Shown here: in pieces, positions 18,751 through 29,501 of the stretch
Position numbering within the stretch: the first letter of the stretch is position 1
How the letters are laid out: every line of letters begins with the position of its first letter
From: Longimicrobiales bacterium
Lineage (GTDB): Bacteria > Gemmatimonadota > Gemmatimonadetes > Longimicrobiales > Gaopeijiaceae
Assembly: GCA_965238005.1 (NCBI GenBank)
Contig: OZ250165.1
Coordinates: forward strand, 1,120,001 to 1,184,000
Length of the DNA stretch: 64,000 nt
Reading direction: 5' to 3'
Translations under genes and position numbers: made by a program
Notes under the pieces: model-generated
The model's input: the letters and a program-made list of their open reading frames with translations, nothing else
What the model was told of the DNA's origin: nothing
The model's database searches: none

Positions 18751-19196
18751 TGGATGGATTGGAACCACTTTGGACTTGCCCCAAGTGCGGGGGGCAGTTC
18801 GTGACCGAAAATCAGTGGCACTCCTGCGGGGAGGTCACTCTCGGACAATGGCTCGACGACCTGGGCCCCCGCGGCCTGGCCCTCTATAACCGCTTCGAGC
18901 AGATGATCGCCGCATGCGGCGAGTACCACGTGGCTCCTGCCAAGACCCGCATCGCCTTTCTAGGCCGGGTGCGTTTCGCCACCATCACCAAGATCTCGGA
19001 AAGAGGGATGACGTGGTCTTTTGCTCTGCCCCACGCCCTCGAGTCCGACCGCATCGATCGGATCGAGGAGGTGGTGTCGGGGTGGTACGTCCACTGGGTG
19101 AATGTCGTCGACTCCACTCAGCTCGATGCCCAGACCGAGGAATGGATCGAGGAGAGCTATCGGCTCATCGGGATGCAAGAACGCTTGAAGAGGTAG
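18750..19196 (+). CDS. DUF5655-like protein with N-terminal CxxC...HxC motif
   Basis: WTCPKCG..QWHSC..KTRIAF..RVRFA..WIEESY; TGATG overlap with the upstream read-through ORF. Confidence 0.7.
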   Translation: MDGLEPLWTCPKCGGQFVTENQWHSCGEVTLGQWLDDLGPRGLALYNRFEQMIAACGEYHVAPAKTRIAFLGRVRFATITKISERGMTWSFALPHALESDRIDRIEEVVSGWYVHWVNVVDSTQLDAQTEEWIEESYRLIGMQERLKR

Positions 19197-19418
19197 GGTG
19201 GCCGGGAGACTGGCCCGAGCCTCTCGAGGCTTTCGCGGACGAGATCGATCGCTTCCACACCATGCTCCAGGACCTGTCGAATCATCTGACCGCCGTCGAT
19301 CCGTCGAATCTGACTAACGATCAGCCGGGGCCGAGGAGTCCCGACAGGGAGTGGCCCGACGCTCCCGATGTCGTAAGATGATGCACGAATGGAGAAATCG
19401 ATCGCTTAGGAGCGTCCA

Positions 19419-22082
19419 ATGAATTCGAAGCGCCTTTCCCTCCGACTCACGCTCGTCCTGCTCGCGGTTGTCATCGCCGGCTCCGGATCGGCGTTGGTGC
19501 CCGCACGGGCGATGGGCCAGGAGATCCCGACCCCCGAGAGCTTCTTCGGTTTCCAGATGGGTGCCGACCGCAAGCTCGCCGGCTGGGACAAGCTCGTTGA
19601 GTACTACAACCTCCTGGGAGAGCAGAGCCCCCGGCTCGAGGTCGTCGACATGGGGCCCACGACCATGGGCCATCCTTTCCTGGCCCTCTACCTGTCCTCT
19701 CCCGAGAACCTGGCCAGGCTCGACGAGCTCAAGCGGATCAACGCCACGCTCAGCGACCCCAGGGGCGTGCCGCAGTCGGAGATCGACCGTGCCATCTCCC
19801 AGGGGAAGGCGGTGGTGGTCCAGTCCATGTGCCTCCACTCCACCGAGGTGGCATCGGGGCAGATGGCGGCGGAACTCATGTACGACCTGGTGACGCGCAC
19901 CGACCAGGAGGTCATGCGCATCCTGGACAACACCATCGGCATCATGATTCCGTGCTTCAATCCCGACGGTGAGGTCATGGTGGTCGACTGGTACAACCAG
20001 ACCGTGGGCACCGAGTACGAGGGCGGGGACATGCCGTGGCTGTATCACAAGTACATCGGCCACGACAACAATCGGGACGCCTTCATGGCAAACACGGTCG
20101 AGTCTCAGTACGGGGCCGAGATCCTGTTCCGCGAATGGGTTCCCCAGGCCTACGTCGACCACCACCAGATGGGCGCCTATGGCGCCCGGATGTACGTGCC
20201 GCCCTACGCCGAGCCCATCCGTCCCTCAGCCGATCCACTGGTGTGGAGGGAGATGAGCTGGTACGGCGCCCACATTGCCTATAAGGAGGAGGAGGCCGGC
20301 AAGTCCGGCGTGGTGAACGCCGCCATCTATTCAGGGTGGGGCCACTTCGGATTCCACTGGATCACGCCCTTCCACAACATCGCAGGGATGCTCACCGAGT
20401 CGGCCAGCGCCCGCCTGTCGACGCCGCTCTTCCTACATGCCGATCAGCTTCAGGGCTCGGTCCGAGGCCTGCCCGAGTACGAGGAGCAGACGTCCTTCCC
20501 CAACCCCTGGCCGGGCGGCTGGTGGCGGGTGAGCGACATCGTTGCGCAGCAAAAGATCGCGGCCATCGCTACGCTGGACATCGCGGCGCGGAATCGTGAG
20601 ACGGTCCTGAAGAACGCGTACCTGAAGGCCAAGCGGCAGACGGAGCGTGGTGCGACCGGAAGGCCGGCCGCGTTCGTGATCCCCGCCGAGCAGCACGACC
20701 CCCTCACCGCCAAGAAGATGGTGAACAAGCTTCTGGGGCAGGGTATCGAGGTGCAGCAGGTGTCCCGCGGATTCATCCACGAAGGGCAGGTATACGGAGC
20801 CGGCACCTTTGTGGTGTCCATGGCGCAGCCCAAGATGGGCGTCATCCGCTGGCTTCTGGGGCGCACGCTCTATCCCGACAACTCGTACACGCGTAGTCGC
20901 GACGGAAACCCTATCCGGCCCTACGACTTGTCCACGGACAACATGGCGGAGTTCATGGGCGTTCGGGTGGATCCGGTGGACCAGGCCGTAGAGACAAGGC
21001 TCACAAAGGTGACCACCCTGATCGAGCCTGCCGGCCAGGTCACCGAGGGGCGTTTCGGCTACGTCCTCGATGGCCGGCTGAACGACAGCTTCGAGGCGGT
21101 CAACCTGTTGCTCGCGGCCAATGTGGGCGTGCGGCGCGTGGATCGACCGGCAGACGAGAGCCTCCGTCCCGGTGACTTCCTGGTGGACGCCGGCGCGCCG
21201 GACGCGATCGTGGCCGACGTTGCCCGCGAGACGGGAGTCGACTTCGCCGCCCTCGAGACCGACGCGTCGGGCGGCAGCCGCCCGCTCACCCAGCTCCGCA
21301 TCGGGATGTACCAGCGCTACTTCGGCGGCAACATGGACGAGGGCTGGACGCGCTGGCTGCTCGAGGACTTCAGCTTCCCGTACACGACCCTCATGGACGC
21401 CGAGATCAAGGACGGAGACCTTCACGACGACTACGACGTGATCATCCTTCCAGCCGACGGCGTGGCGCGGATGACGGGTGAGGAGAGCGAAGAGGGTGGG
21501 GGAGGCCGTGGGGGTGGGCCCGAGGCCTATCCGGAGGAGTACCGCAGCGGCTTCGGCCAGGAGGGGGTGGACGCCCTGGAGGCCTTCGTCGAGAACGGAG
21601 GCACATTGGTAACCTTTGCCGAGGCAGGAGCGCTGCCCATCGAGAAGTTCGGGCTTCCCGTTCGGAACGTGAGGGAGGGCCTGTCCTCCACCGAGTTCTG
21701 GTCACCGGGCTCTACGCTTAAGGTGAACATCGACAACACGCACCCCCTGGCGTACGGCATGCCCGACGAGGGCCTAGCCACATTCCTGGGCAACAACCAC
21801 GCCTACGAGATCGTCGCGACGCCGCGAAACGAACGGGCCGATCGGATCGTAACGTTCGTGGAGCGCGACATCCTTCAGAGCGGTTGGCTCCTCGGAGAGG
21901 CTGTCATCGCCGAGAAGGCGGCCATGGTCTCAGTAGAGCACGGCCAAGGGAAGGTCATTCTCATCGGCTTCAGGACGCAGCACCGGGCGCAGACGCACGG
22001 GACGTTCAAGCTGCTGTTCAACGCGCTCGTGGGCGGGCCGGACGGCTCGGCCGATCTGGCCATGGACGGAGGAGGGCTGTGA
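19419..22082 (+). CDS. M14-family zinc carboxypeptidase-like secreted protein
   Basis: Signal peptide; LHSTE, NPDG, GHDNNRD, DHHQMG motifs; C-terminal glutamine amidotransferase-like region (MDEGWTRWLLE). Confidence 0.88.
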   Translation: MNSKRLSLRLTLVLLAVVIAGSGSALVPARAMGQEIPTPESFFGFQMGADRKLAGWDKLVEYYNLLGEQSPRLEVVDMGPTTMGHPFLALYLSSPENLARLDELKRINATLSDPRGVPQSEIDRAISQGKAVVVQSMCLHSTEVASGQMAAELMYDLVTRTDQEVMRILDNTIGIMIPCFNPDGEVMVVDWYNQTVGTEYEGGDMPWLYHKYIGHDNNRDAFMANTVESQYGAEILFREWVPQAYVDHHQMGAYGARMYVPPYAEPIRPSADPLVWREMSWYGAHIAYKEEEAGKSGVVNAAIYSGWGHFGFHWITPFHNIAGMLTESASARLSTPLFLHADQLQGSVRGLPEYEEQTSFPNPWPGGWWRVSDIVAQQKIAAIATLDIAARNRETVLKNAYLKAKRQTERGATGRPAAFVIPAEQHDPLTAKKMVNKLLGQGIEVQQVSRGFIHEGQVYGAGTFVVSMAQPKMGVIRWLLGRTLYPDNSYTRSRDGNPIRPYDLSTDNMAEFMGVRVDPVDQAVETRLTKVTTLIEPAGQVTEGRFGYVLDGRLNDSFEAVNLLLAANVGVRRVDRPADESLRPGDFLVDAGAPDAIVADVARETGVDFAALETDASGGSRPLTQLRIGMYQRYFGGNMDEGWTRWLLEDFSFPYTTLMDAEIKDGDLHDDYDVIILPADGVARMTGEESEEGGGGRGGGPEAYPEEYRSGFGQEGVDALEAFVENGGTLVTFAEAGALPIEKFGLPVRNVREGLSSTEFWSPGSTLKVNIDNTHPLAYGMPDEGLATFLGNNHAYEIVATPRNERADRIVTFVERDILQSGWLLGEAVIAEKAAMVSVEHGQGKVILIGFRTQHRAQTHGTFKLLFNALVGGPDGSADLAMDGGGL

Positions 22083-22093
22083 GCGCTGGTGTG

Positions 22094-22186
22094 GTGTCCC
22101 AGAAGTGTCTCGGCCATTGATCTCGCTGCGCTCGATCGTCTCGCGGTCAACTCGGCGCTCACGACGAGCATGAAGGTCGCTCGGCT
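22094..22186. repeat. Partial copy of the dispersed MITE-like family
   Basis: 22115-22186 matches 43873-43944 at 70/72; preceded by GTGTCCC..AAGTGTCTCGGCCA as at 8741 and 58665. Confidence 0.8.
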
Positions 22187-22489
22187 TTTGCTTCCCGCCG
22201 GGGCCACATCTTGTCGATGTACGGTACGGCCGCCGGCGTCGTGCAGTTGGTCTGGCCGTGATCAACCTGGATGGCATGATCACCCCCAACGACATCGGCG
22301 CCTCCTGAGTGGCCTCGTTTGGGCAAATGATACCGAGGAGGCCGCGCGAGGTTTCTGGCGGATTCGCCGGGCGTGACTCCGGTGGCGTCGTCGCAGCAGG
22401 TGCGCGGCGGCGTCGCGGAAGGTGCGCCCACTGGCCCGCAGATGCCGGCCGCGGTATCCTGTGTGACTCCCCAACCCGGAGGCATCCGC

Positions 22490-24058
22490 ATGATGCAGCC
22501 CCATCTCATCGGCTTCGCTCTCCTGACACTGCTCCTACCGGCGACTCCTCTCAGCGCCCAGAGCCTCGGCACGATCGACTTCCCGACTTCAGGCTCGCCC
22601 GACGCGCACGCCGCGTTCATCCGTGGCGTTCTCTTCATGCACAGCTTCGAGTACGAGGATGCCGCCAAGGCCTTCCAGGCTGCCGAGGCCGCTCAGCCGG
22701 ACTTCGCCATGGCCTATTGGGGAGAGGCCATGTCCTACAACCATCCGGTTTGGCAACAGCAGGACTCCGTGGCTGCCCGCATCACTCTGGCCCGCCTCGG
22801 CGCCACTCCCGAGGAGCGTGCCGCGAAGGCGGGGACAGACCGGGAGCGTGCGTACCTCGCGGCAGTGGAGATCCTGTACGCCGAAGGAGAGGACAAGTGG
22901 ACCCGGGACCTGGCGTACCGTGATGCCATGCGGCGCCTCCATGAAGCCTATCCCGACGACGACGAAGCAGCCGCCTTGTACGCCCTGGCTCTGCTTGGCT
23001 CCGCTCATGAGGGCCGGGACTCAGCCACGTACATGAGAGCCGCGGCCGTAGCGCAGCCGATCCTGGAGCGGAACCCCGACCACCCGGGTGCCGTCCACTA
23101 CACGATCCACTCCTTCGACGATCCCATCCATGCACCCCTGGGTTTGTCCGCGGCGCGAGCCTACTCCGAGGTCGCGCCCGCCGCCGGCCATGCCCAGCAC
23201 ATGACGTCGCACATCTTCGTGGCAATGGGCCTCTGGGACGACGTGGTGGCCGCGAACGAGCGGGCCGTGGGCGTTCAGACGGCGCGGCTCCAGGGATTGG
23301 GCATGCGGGCCAACGTGTGCGGTCACTACACATACTGGCTCGAGTACGGCTACCTCCAGCAGGGCCGCCACGAGAAGGCGGCCGAGGTGCTCCAGCGCTG
23401 TTACGAGCGTCAAGGCGACCAGCCGACCGCCGGCGAGGTGGGCTCCTTCGTGCTGATGAGGGCCCGATACGTCCTCGACACGGAAGACTGGGCGTCAGCG
23501 GATCGATGGGCGGTCAAAGGGCTCACGACTGCCGAGTACGTCTTCACGGACGGGATCGCCGAGCTCATGGCCGGCGACGGAAGTGGTGCCGGCGCCGTGG
23601 CTGCCGAGCTGGGGCGCATCGCGGACAACGAGACCGGCGCAGCTCAGGCCGAGCGCGCGCGCATCCTCTCCCTCCAGCTCACCGCTCTTGCGGAGGTGGC
23701 CGACGGGCGGATCGACTCCGCCGTAGGGCTACTTGAAGAGGCGGTCCGCCGTGAGGCCGCTATGCCGTTCGAGTTCGGCCCTCCCCATGTCGTCAAGCCG
23801 TCCCACGAGTTACTGGGAGAAGTACTTCTGGAGGCGGGCGAGGCGTCTGAAGCTCGGGTCGCCTTCGCCAAGTCGCTCGACCGGACGCCCGAGCGGACGT
23901 CGTCGCTCCTGGGGATGGCCCGGGCGGCCCGGGCCTCCGCCGACGGCGCTCTAGTGAGCGAGCTCGTGAGGCGGCTCGAGGGCATCTGGCACGATGCCGA
24001 TGCCGCGCTCTTGGAGGCCAAGGGCATCCACAAGCTGACGTCTTGGGAGAAACGGTAG
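22490..24058 (+). CDS. Secreted TPR-like protein
   Basis: Signal peptide; LGTIDFPTSG, FAMAYWGEAM, HPGAVHYTIH, HAQHMTSHIF motifs; helical repeats. Confidence 0.8.
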   Translation: MMQPHLIGFALLTLLLPATPLSAQSLGTIDFPTSGSPDAHAAFIRGVLFMHSFEYEDAAKAFQAAEAAQPDFAMAYWGEAMSYNHPVWQQQDSVAARITLARLGATPEERAAKAGTDRERAYLAAVEILYAEGEDKWTRDLAYRDAMRRLHEAYPDDDEAAALYALALLGSAHEGRDSATYMRAAAVAQPILERNPDHPGAVHYTIHSFDDPIHAPLGLSAARAYSEVAPAAGHAQHMTSHIFVAMGLWDDVVAANERAVGVQTARLQGLGMRANVCGHYTYWLEYGYLQQGRHEKAAEVLQRCYERQGDQPTAGEVGSFVLMRARYVLDTEDWASADRWAVKGLTTAEYVFTDGIAELMAGDGSGAGAVAAELGRIADNETGAAQAERARILSLQLTALAEVADGRIDSAVGLLEEAVRREAAMPFEFGPPHVVKPSHELLGEVLLEAGEASEARVAFAKSLDRTPERTSSLLGMARAARASADGALVSELVRRLEGIWHDADAALLEAKGIHKLTSWEKR

Positions 24059-24155
24059 GGTCGGGGGAGCGCGGCGGCACCGACGGGAAGGACGGTCAGG
24101 GAAGGGGGCACCGAGCCGATTGACACCACCTCGGCGACGCGCGTACGCTCTCGCT

Positions 24156-24491
24156 ATGACGGACCATCGCACGGAGATCGTCAAGCGGGTCATGCGCTCC
24201 CTCGAGGAGACCGCCGACCCCGAGGCGCTGGTCACGGCGTATTTCGACGCCGAGCACGACATCGTTGTGGAGGCGACCCAGCAAACGCTGGAAGCCACCG
24301 GTGAGTCGGTCTCCGAGGCGATGATCGCCGAGTGCGTCGAGACCGAGCTCGTCGAGGCTCTGCGCTTTCCCAAGGGAGGGACGGGCGGGGGCCTACTGCC
24401 CACGCTCTATGTGCACCGAGGAGCGACGGCTGTGGCCACTACGGTGGCGGCCATGGCCACCGCGCTATTCTTACTCTTCCTCCTCTTCTGA
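24156..24491 (+). CDS. Hypothetical protein with C-terminal TM helix
   Basis: Plausible codon usage; hydrophobic tail. Confidence 0.55.
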   Translation: MTDHRTEIVKRVMRSLEETADPEALVTAYFDAEHDIVVEATQQTLEATGESVSEAMIAECVETELVEALRFPKGGTGGGLLPTLYVHRGATAVATTVAAMATALFLLFLLF

Positions 24492-24493
24492 GC

Positions 24494-25864
24494 GTGATAA
24501 CCGGTCGGCAGGCGCTGAGAAGCATCCGCAGCCGGTTCGAGAGGGCCAAGAAGGACTACGACCGGATCAGCCGCTACGTACGTGAGCTCGAGGAACTGCA
24601 CGGCAGCGCCCTGGAAGATGAGCGGGGGCTCCTCACCGAGTTGGCTGAAGCCTATCTACCCGAGCTCACCTACGACGCCATGGTGAGCGGCCTCGCACAG
24701 CTCAAGCTGCGGGTGGCGGAGATCCTTCGGCGCCAGGACGAGCACAAGGAGACCCTCCAGAACGAGATCCTGGCTCAGCGATCGCGACTCTCGGAGGCGG
24801 AGAGTGGGCTGGAGGCGCACAAGGCGCGGGAGAATGGAATCGAGCAGCGCGTCGCGGAGAGCCGGACGGCCGTCGCAGGTGCCCTCGCGGCCGATGAAGA
24901 GTACCGCGAGTGGGCCGAAGAGCACGCAGCGCTCATGGATCGCCGCGACAGGCTCAAGGCACGACGAGCACGACTCCTGGCCGTCGCCACCGTCGAGCGC
25001 CCCGCCTACGAGGGCTTCGCGCCGTTCCGCCACCTGAAGGAGCGCGCGTTCGGCGAGCCGGAGTACCGGGCAGGGTGGATCACGAGGCTCTTCGACCGAT
25101 GGCTCGCCCGTCGGCATCGACTTCCCGAAGCTGGACTGCAATCACCGAATCCTGAAGGTCGGTCCCCATCAGATTCAGGCCGAGATCGTGAGGAGCACCC
25201 GGCGAGCCGGTGAGCTCGAGGTGGGCATGGACGAGACGGAGCAGCGCGCCGCCGTGGCGGAAGCCCTTCCGGAGACGCTGGAAGAGCTGGTTGCGGCACA
25301 CGAGGACGTTGCCAAAGCCCGCGAGACCCGTGACGCGGTGCGCTCGGAGTACGAGGCCCGGGAGGGCGAGCTAAGGGAGCTCGCGGCCAACCGCGGTCGT
25401 TATCACGAAGAGGCCATCGAGCTCCATCGCCAGCACTGGGCGCGAAGTCCGTCCGGGAGCTCGAGGGCCTGGCACGGGAGACGCTGGGCGGGGAAGACGA
25501 CCGACTCGTGCGCCGGCTGGACGACGTTCGGCTACGCGTCGATCACCTCGAGAACCGCGGACGGGAGCGGCTCGGGGAGCTTGAAGAGGCAAGGGAGAAG
25601 GTGGACGGGCTACTCCGGATCGAAGAAGCCGGGTGGAGGGACTTCGGATCCTTCAGGTCCCACTTCCGTGACGCTTTCGCCCTGGATCCCCTCATCGACC
25701 AGTTCATGACGGGAGAGGCGTCATGGGGGGCGGTGGTCGACCAGATGAACGACTTTCACGCGCCCGACCTTCGGTCCCATGGCCGAGTCGATGCTTGGAG
25801 GGATCCTCTCGGAGCTGGCGGCTTCGTTCGTAGGACCGCCTGCGAAGCCTGTGGACCCCGATGA
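24494..25864 (+). pseudogene. Long coiled-coil protein broken by two frameshifts (~25110 and ~25440)
   Basis: Helical Glu/Arg/Leu-rich coding sequence continues across three successive frames (ORF track 24332, 25188, 25508). Confidence 0.6.
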
Positions 25865-25963
25865 GCACACAGTCATATCGTTGGTCTTTCGTGACGCGGA
25901 CGGGAGGGTGCCCCGACGGGTGACCCGGCGCCGGACCGGTAAGGAAAGTGGCCGAGGCACGCC

Positions 25964-26950
25964 ATGAGCTTGGACGCAAGGGAAGCAAGCACGCCGCGTA
26001 TCCCGGGAATCCACCATGTCACGGCCATCTCGGGCCCGGCTCAGGCCAACCTGGACTTCTACACGGGTGTGCTGGGCCTCCGCCTGGTCAAACGCACGGT
26101 GAACTTCGACGATCCCGGCACCTATCATCTCTACTATGGTGATCGGGTCGGCACGCCTGGGACCATCATGACGTTCTTCCCCTGGGAGCGGGCGGAGCCG
26201 GGCCGGCGGGGGTCACGCTTCACGGACGCGACATCCTTTGCCGTTCCCGCGGAGTCAGGCGATTTCTGGGCTGGCTACCTCGAGCGGACTGGCGGTGCAG
26301 GTGTGGAGAGAGAGGCGCGCTTCGGTGCGGACATCGTGCGACTGAGGGACCCGGACGGATTGGTCCTCGAGCTGGTCGCCGGGGCCGATACCCGGGAGAC
26401 GCCGGGCGGCCTGCCCGTACATCCCGACATCCCCCCCGAGCATGCCATCCGGTCCTTCCACGGAGTGCTACTCGATGTGGCCGATCCAGACGCCTCGGCC
26501 CGCCTTCTCACGGACCTTTTGGGATACGAGCACATCGCCGAGGAAGGGGGACGCCTCCGCTTCCGTGCGGGTGAAGAAGAGGTGGGAGCGGTGATCGATC
26601 TCCTGACGGCGGGCTCCAGCGAAGACGGGCGCATGGGGAAGGGAAGCGTGCATCATGTCGCCTTTCGGGCCCGGGACGACGAAGAGCAACGGACCTGGCG
26701 GGAAGCGTTGGCGACGGCCGGCATCCCGGTGACGACCGTGCAGGACCGAAACTACTTTCGATCGATCTACTTCCACGAGCCGGGAGGAGTGCTCTTCGAG
26801 ATCGCGACCGACGGTCCCGGCTTCACGGCCGATGAGACCGAGGAGAATCTGGGCCGTGACGTGAAGCTTCCGGCATGGCTCGAGGGCCGCCGGGCCGAGC
26901 TGGAGTCCCGGTTGCCACCCATGACCATGCCCCACCAGAACGCCGGATGA
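25964..26950 (+). CDS. Ring-cleaving dioxygenase (MhqO-like VOC family)
   Basis: GIHHVTAI, KRTVNFDDPGTYHLYYGD, VHHVAFR, DRNYFRSIYF, LFEIATDGPGF. Confidence 0.92.
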   Translation: MSLDAREASTPRIPGIHHVTAISGPAQANLDFYTGVLGLRLVKRTVNFDDPGTYHLYYGDRVGTPGTIMTFFPWERAEPGRRGSRFTDATSFAVPAESGDFWAGYLERTGGAGVEREARFGADIVRLRDPDGLVLELVAGADTRETPGGLPVHPDIPPEHAIRSFHGVLLDVADPDASARLLTDLLGYEHIAEEGGRLRFRAGEEEVGAVIDLLTAGSSEDGRMGKGSVHHVAFRARDDEEQRTWREALATAGIPVTTVQDRNYFRSIYFHEPGGVLFEIATDGPGFTADETEENLGRDVKLPAWLEGRRAELESRLPPMTMPHQNAG

Positions 26951-27648
26951 GCGGCTCCGGCCCAGGCGCTGAATCGGCATTCGGATCCGCCCATGGGCAG
27001 AGCTCGGACGACCCGCACCGGGACAGCCCTTCGGTTCGCCTAGGCCCGGATCTCCAAGAGGCGGAGGCGGCCGTCATCCTGGTCCACGGCCGGGGGGACA
27101 GCGCCAGGGGGATTCTCACCCTCGCTCCTGACCTCGAGGCACCGAGAGTGACGTTCATCGCTCCCCAGGCCACGGCGTTCTCGTGGTATCCCCAGAGCTT
27201 CCTGGCTCCCATTCCCATGAACGAGCCATGGCTCTCGTCGGCCCTCGACCGTGTGGGCGCCGCTGCGAGGGAGGCGATGTCGACGGGACTCCCTCGGGAG
27301 AAAACGGTCCTGATGGGGTTCTCGCAGGGTGCCTGTCTGGCGCTGGAGTTCGCCGCCAGGAACCCGGCCCGTTACGGAGGGGTCGTGGCCTTCTCCGGGG
27401 GGCTCATCGGGCCCGAGGGGACGCCGCTCAGGTATGAAGGCTCCTTGGAGGGCACGCCGGTATTTCTGGGCTGCAGTGATGTGGATCCCCACATCCCCCT
27501 GGCTCGGGTCAACGAGTCGGCGGGGATCATGGAGGCCCTGGGCGGGCAGGTGGAGGAGCGCATCTATCCCGATATGGGGCATACGGTGAACACCGATGAG
27601 CTGGAGTGGGCTCGGACGGGTACAGAACGATCTCTAGAGGCCTGTTGA
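26947..27648 (+). CDS. Phospholipase/carboxylesterase (alpha/beta hydrolase)
   Basis: HGRG, WYPQSFLAP, GFSQG nucleophile motif, DPHIP, MGH; ATGA overlap with the dioxygenase. Confidence 0.9.
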   Translation: MSGSGPGAESAFGSAHGQSSDDPHRDSPSVRLGPDLQEAEAAVILVHGRGDSARGILTLAPDLEAPRVTFIAPQATAFSWYPQSFLAPIPMNEPWLSSALDRVGAAAREAMSTGLPREKTVLMGFSQGACLALEFAARNPARYGGVVAFSGGLIGPEGTPLRYEGSLEGTPVFLGCSDVDPHIPLARVNESAGIMEALGGQVEERIYPDMGHTVNTDELEWARTGTERSLEAC

Positions 27649-27750
27649 GGAAGTGGGGTGCGGCCGCGCGACCCACGCCTTCGGCGCGGGTACCCCCGTC
27701 TTGCGGTGACCAGAGAACGTCGCGGACCTGGTGTTCGGCGTCGTGCAGTG
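27634..27750. repeat. Left end and internal modules of a MITE-like element
   Basis: CTAGAGGCCTGTTGAGGAAGTG matches 3018 (19/22); 27670-27696 matches 44041-44067 (25/27); 27736-27749 equals 22234-22247. No right end found. Confidence 0.55.
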
Positions 27751-28001
27751 GTGTTCCGCGACACCTGAGCCGAAGGCGAAGAACGAACGATGACGAGGCG
27801 TAGCAGGGCGGCGTTCGCCGACGTACGGGTCGGGTTACGTGTAGATGCCTCCCGGCTCCACGCGCAGCGAGACCAGAGTGGGTCCGTCCCCGGCCCGAGC
27901 CGGATAGAGTCGAAAGAAGATCTTGTCCAACGCGTTAAGTCTAGAGTACTGTTAGAGATGCGGCTGATCCCCCAGGATCACACGCTTCCGAGGAGGCTCC
28001 C

Positions 28002-28448
28002 ATGGACCGGACGACCGTTCTCGTCGTCGAAGACAACCGAGACCACGCTGCCCTCATCGAGGCGGTGTTCGCTCGCGGGTTCTCGGAGGTGCGCGTGCAC
28101 GTAGCCGTCAGGGGCGAGGGGGCGAAGCGATATCTTCGGGGCGAGTGGCCCTCGTACGAGGACGACGAGGAGTACTATTCCCTCCCGACGATCATTGTGC
28201 TGGATCTCTGGCTTCCCGACACGACGGGCTTCGAGATCCTCGAGTGGATGAACGAGAGAGAGCGACTGGCCGACATCCCCGTCATCGTGTTCACCTCCTC
28301 GACCAATCCGGAGCACATAAAGAGAGCGTACGCTCTCGGGGTGCGCCGCTGCATGCAGAAGCCGCCGAACTTTGGCGACCTGGTGGAGGCGGTGAAGGAA
28401 GAGATCGCTGCGATGAGCGAGCCCACGTCCGGCTCGGCCGCCGGCTGA
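28002..28448 (+). CDS. Single-domain response regulator (Rcp1-like)
   Basis: VLVVEDN, IVLDLWLP, PVIVFTSS, QKP. Confidence 0.9.
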   Translation: MDRTTVLVVEDNRDHAALIEAVFARGFSEVRVHVAVRGEGAKRYLRGEWPSYEDDEEYYSLPTIIVLDLWLPDTTGFEILEWMNERERLADIPVIVFTSSTNPEHIKRAYALGVRRCMQKPPNFGDLVEAVKEEIAAMSEPTSGSAAG

Positions 28449-28767
28449 GCGCGAGTCGCTAACGTCCCGACCGGTCACCCGTTCAGCCGTACCCACTTCC
28501 GCCGCTCCCCCCCGGCCAATGCCGATCACCGATCCTCAGTCACCCCCGGGTTTCGCCAGGAGGAGCGAGAAGTCCTAAGAGCCAGGGTGGACACTCGCTC
28601 CATGGACGTCCGGTAGGCCTCCAGGTCCGTGCCCCGGGAGAAAAGGTAGATCGGCCCCTCATAGAACGAGTCGCCCGTGAAGAGCAATCCAGTGCCGGCG
28701 CGAAGGCTTGTAAACTCAGTCGGAGCACCTTACTTGGCACCGTAAAGTACTTTAATGAAGGAGGAAT

Positions 28768-29202
28768 GTGGACCGAGAGAGGACGATGGCACGGCTGAAG
28801 CGCTACGGGACGATGTACGCAGGTGCGGTGGTGGCCGTGGTGATTCTCGCCAACCTGGGGTGGGTCCCCGGCAGCGGGGAGCCAGGGCAGGGTCTCTTCC
28901 AGCACCCGTATCGACTTTCCATGGGCGTCGTCACGGTGATCCTGGCATCTTCGCTGGGAGCCTGGTCTGCGGCTTTCGGCATCCTTCGGGGGGGCTGGAT
29001 GTACGGCCTGGCAGCGTTGTTCGTCGGCGGGATCCTCACCGGCGTCGCCCTGGAGTTCACGCCCTACATACTCTACCCGGACGATCAGTACTCGGTGGCG
29101 TTTCTGTGGCTGATATCGGGTGCGCCAATGGGTATGATCGCCTGGGGAGCCTTCACTTGCGGCGCCAGGATGACCGGCGACACTGGAGCCGTGGCCGCTT
29201 GA
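28768..29202 (+). CDS. Hypothetical 4-TM membrane protein
   Basis: AAGGAGG RBS; four hydrophobic segments. Confidence 0.6.
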   Translation: MDRERTMARLKRYGTMYAGAVVAVVILANLGWVPGSGEPGQGLFQHPYRLSMGVVTVILASSLGAWSAAFGILRGGWMYGLAALFVGGILTGVALEFTPYILYPDDQYSVAFLWLISGAPMGMIAWGAFTCGARMTGDTGAVAA

Positions 29203-29248
29203 TGTCGCGCGGGTGGCTCGCCCACCTCCAACTCCTCTCCCATCCGAA

Positions 29249-29271
29249 GGGCCCCTTCCGGGGCCCCTTTT
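29249..29271 (+). terminator. Intrinsic terminator candidate
   Basis: GGGCCCC-TTCC-GGGGCCC followed by CTTTT. Confidence 0.55.
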
Positions 29272-29319
29272 CCGTTGCGCCATCTTCCAGGTGCGCATAG
29301 CCCGTAGGAGCCCTCGGGG

Positions 29320-29485
29320 CCACTCCCTCGTGGCGGGTCTGGCCTTCGTCTACGCGGCCTGGGCGATCATGGGAGCAGGAAGGGACGCGGTTTACTGGGG
29401 TAGCCTATTGCTCCTGGCGGGCATTCCCGTTTTCGTTTGGTTGAAGAGACGCTCTTCCCCGGAATTCGACGACACCCACTCATGA
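29320..29485 (+). pseudogene. C-terminal remnant of an APC-type amino acid antiporter (ArcD/AdiC/PotE-like)
   Basis: LVAGLAFVYAAWAIMGAGRDAVYWGSLLLLAGIPVFVW resembles the last two TM helices of APC antiporters; lies directly upstream of arcA. Confidence 0.6.
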
Positions 29486-29501
29486 TATCGGAGCCCCCGC
29501 C

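Noticed and set aside
19197..19330. Possible gene fragment (EIDRFHTMLQDLSNHL)
   Set aside because: Too short; family not identifiable with confidence.
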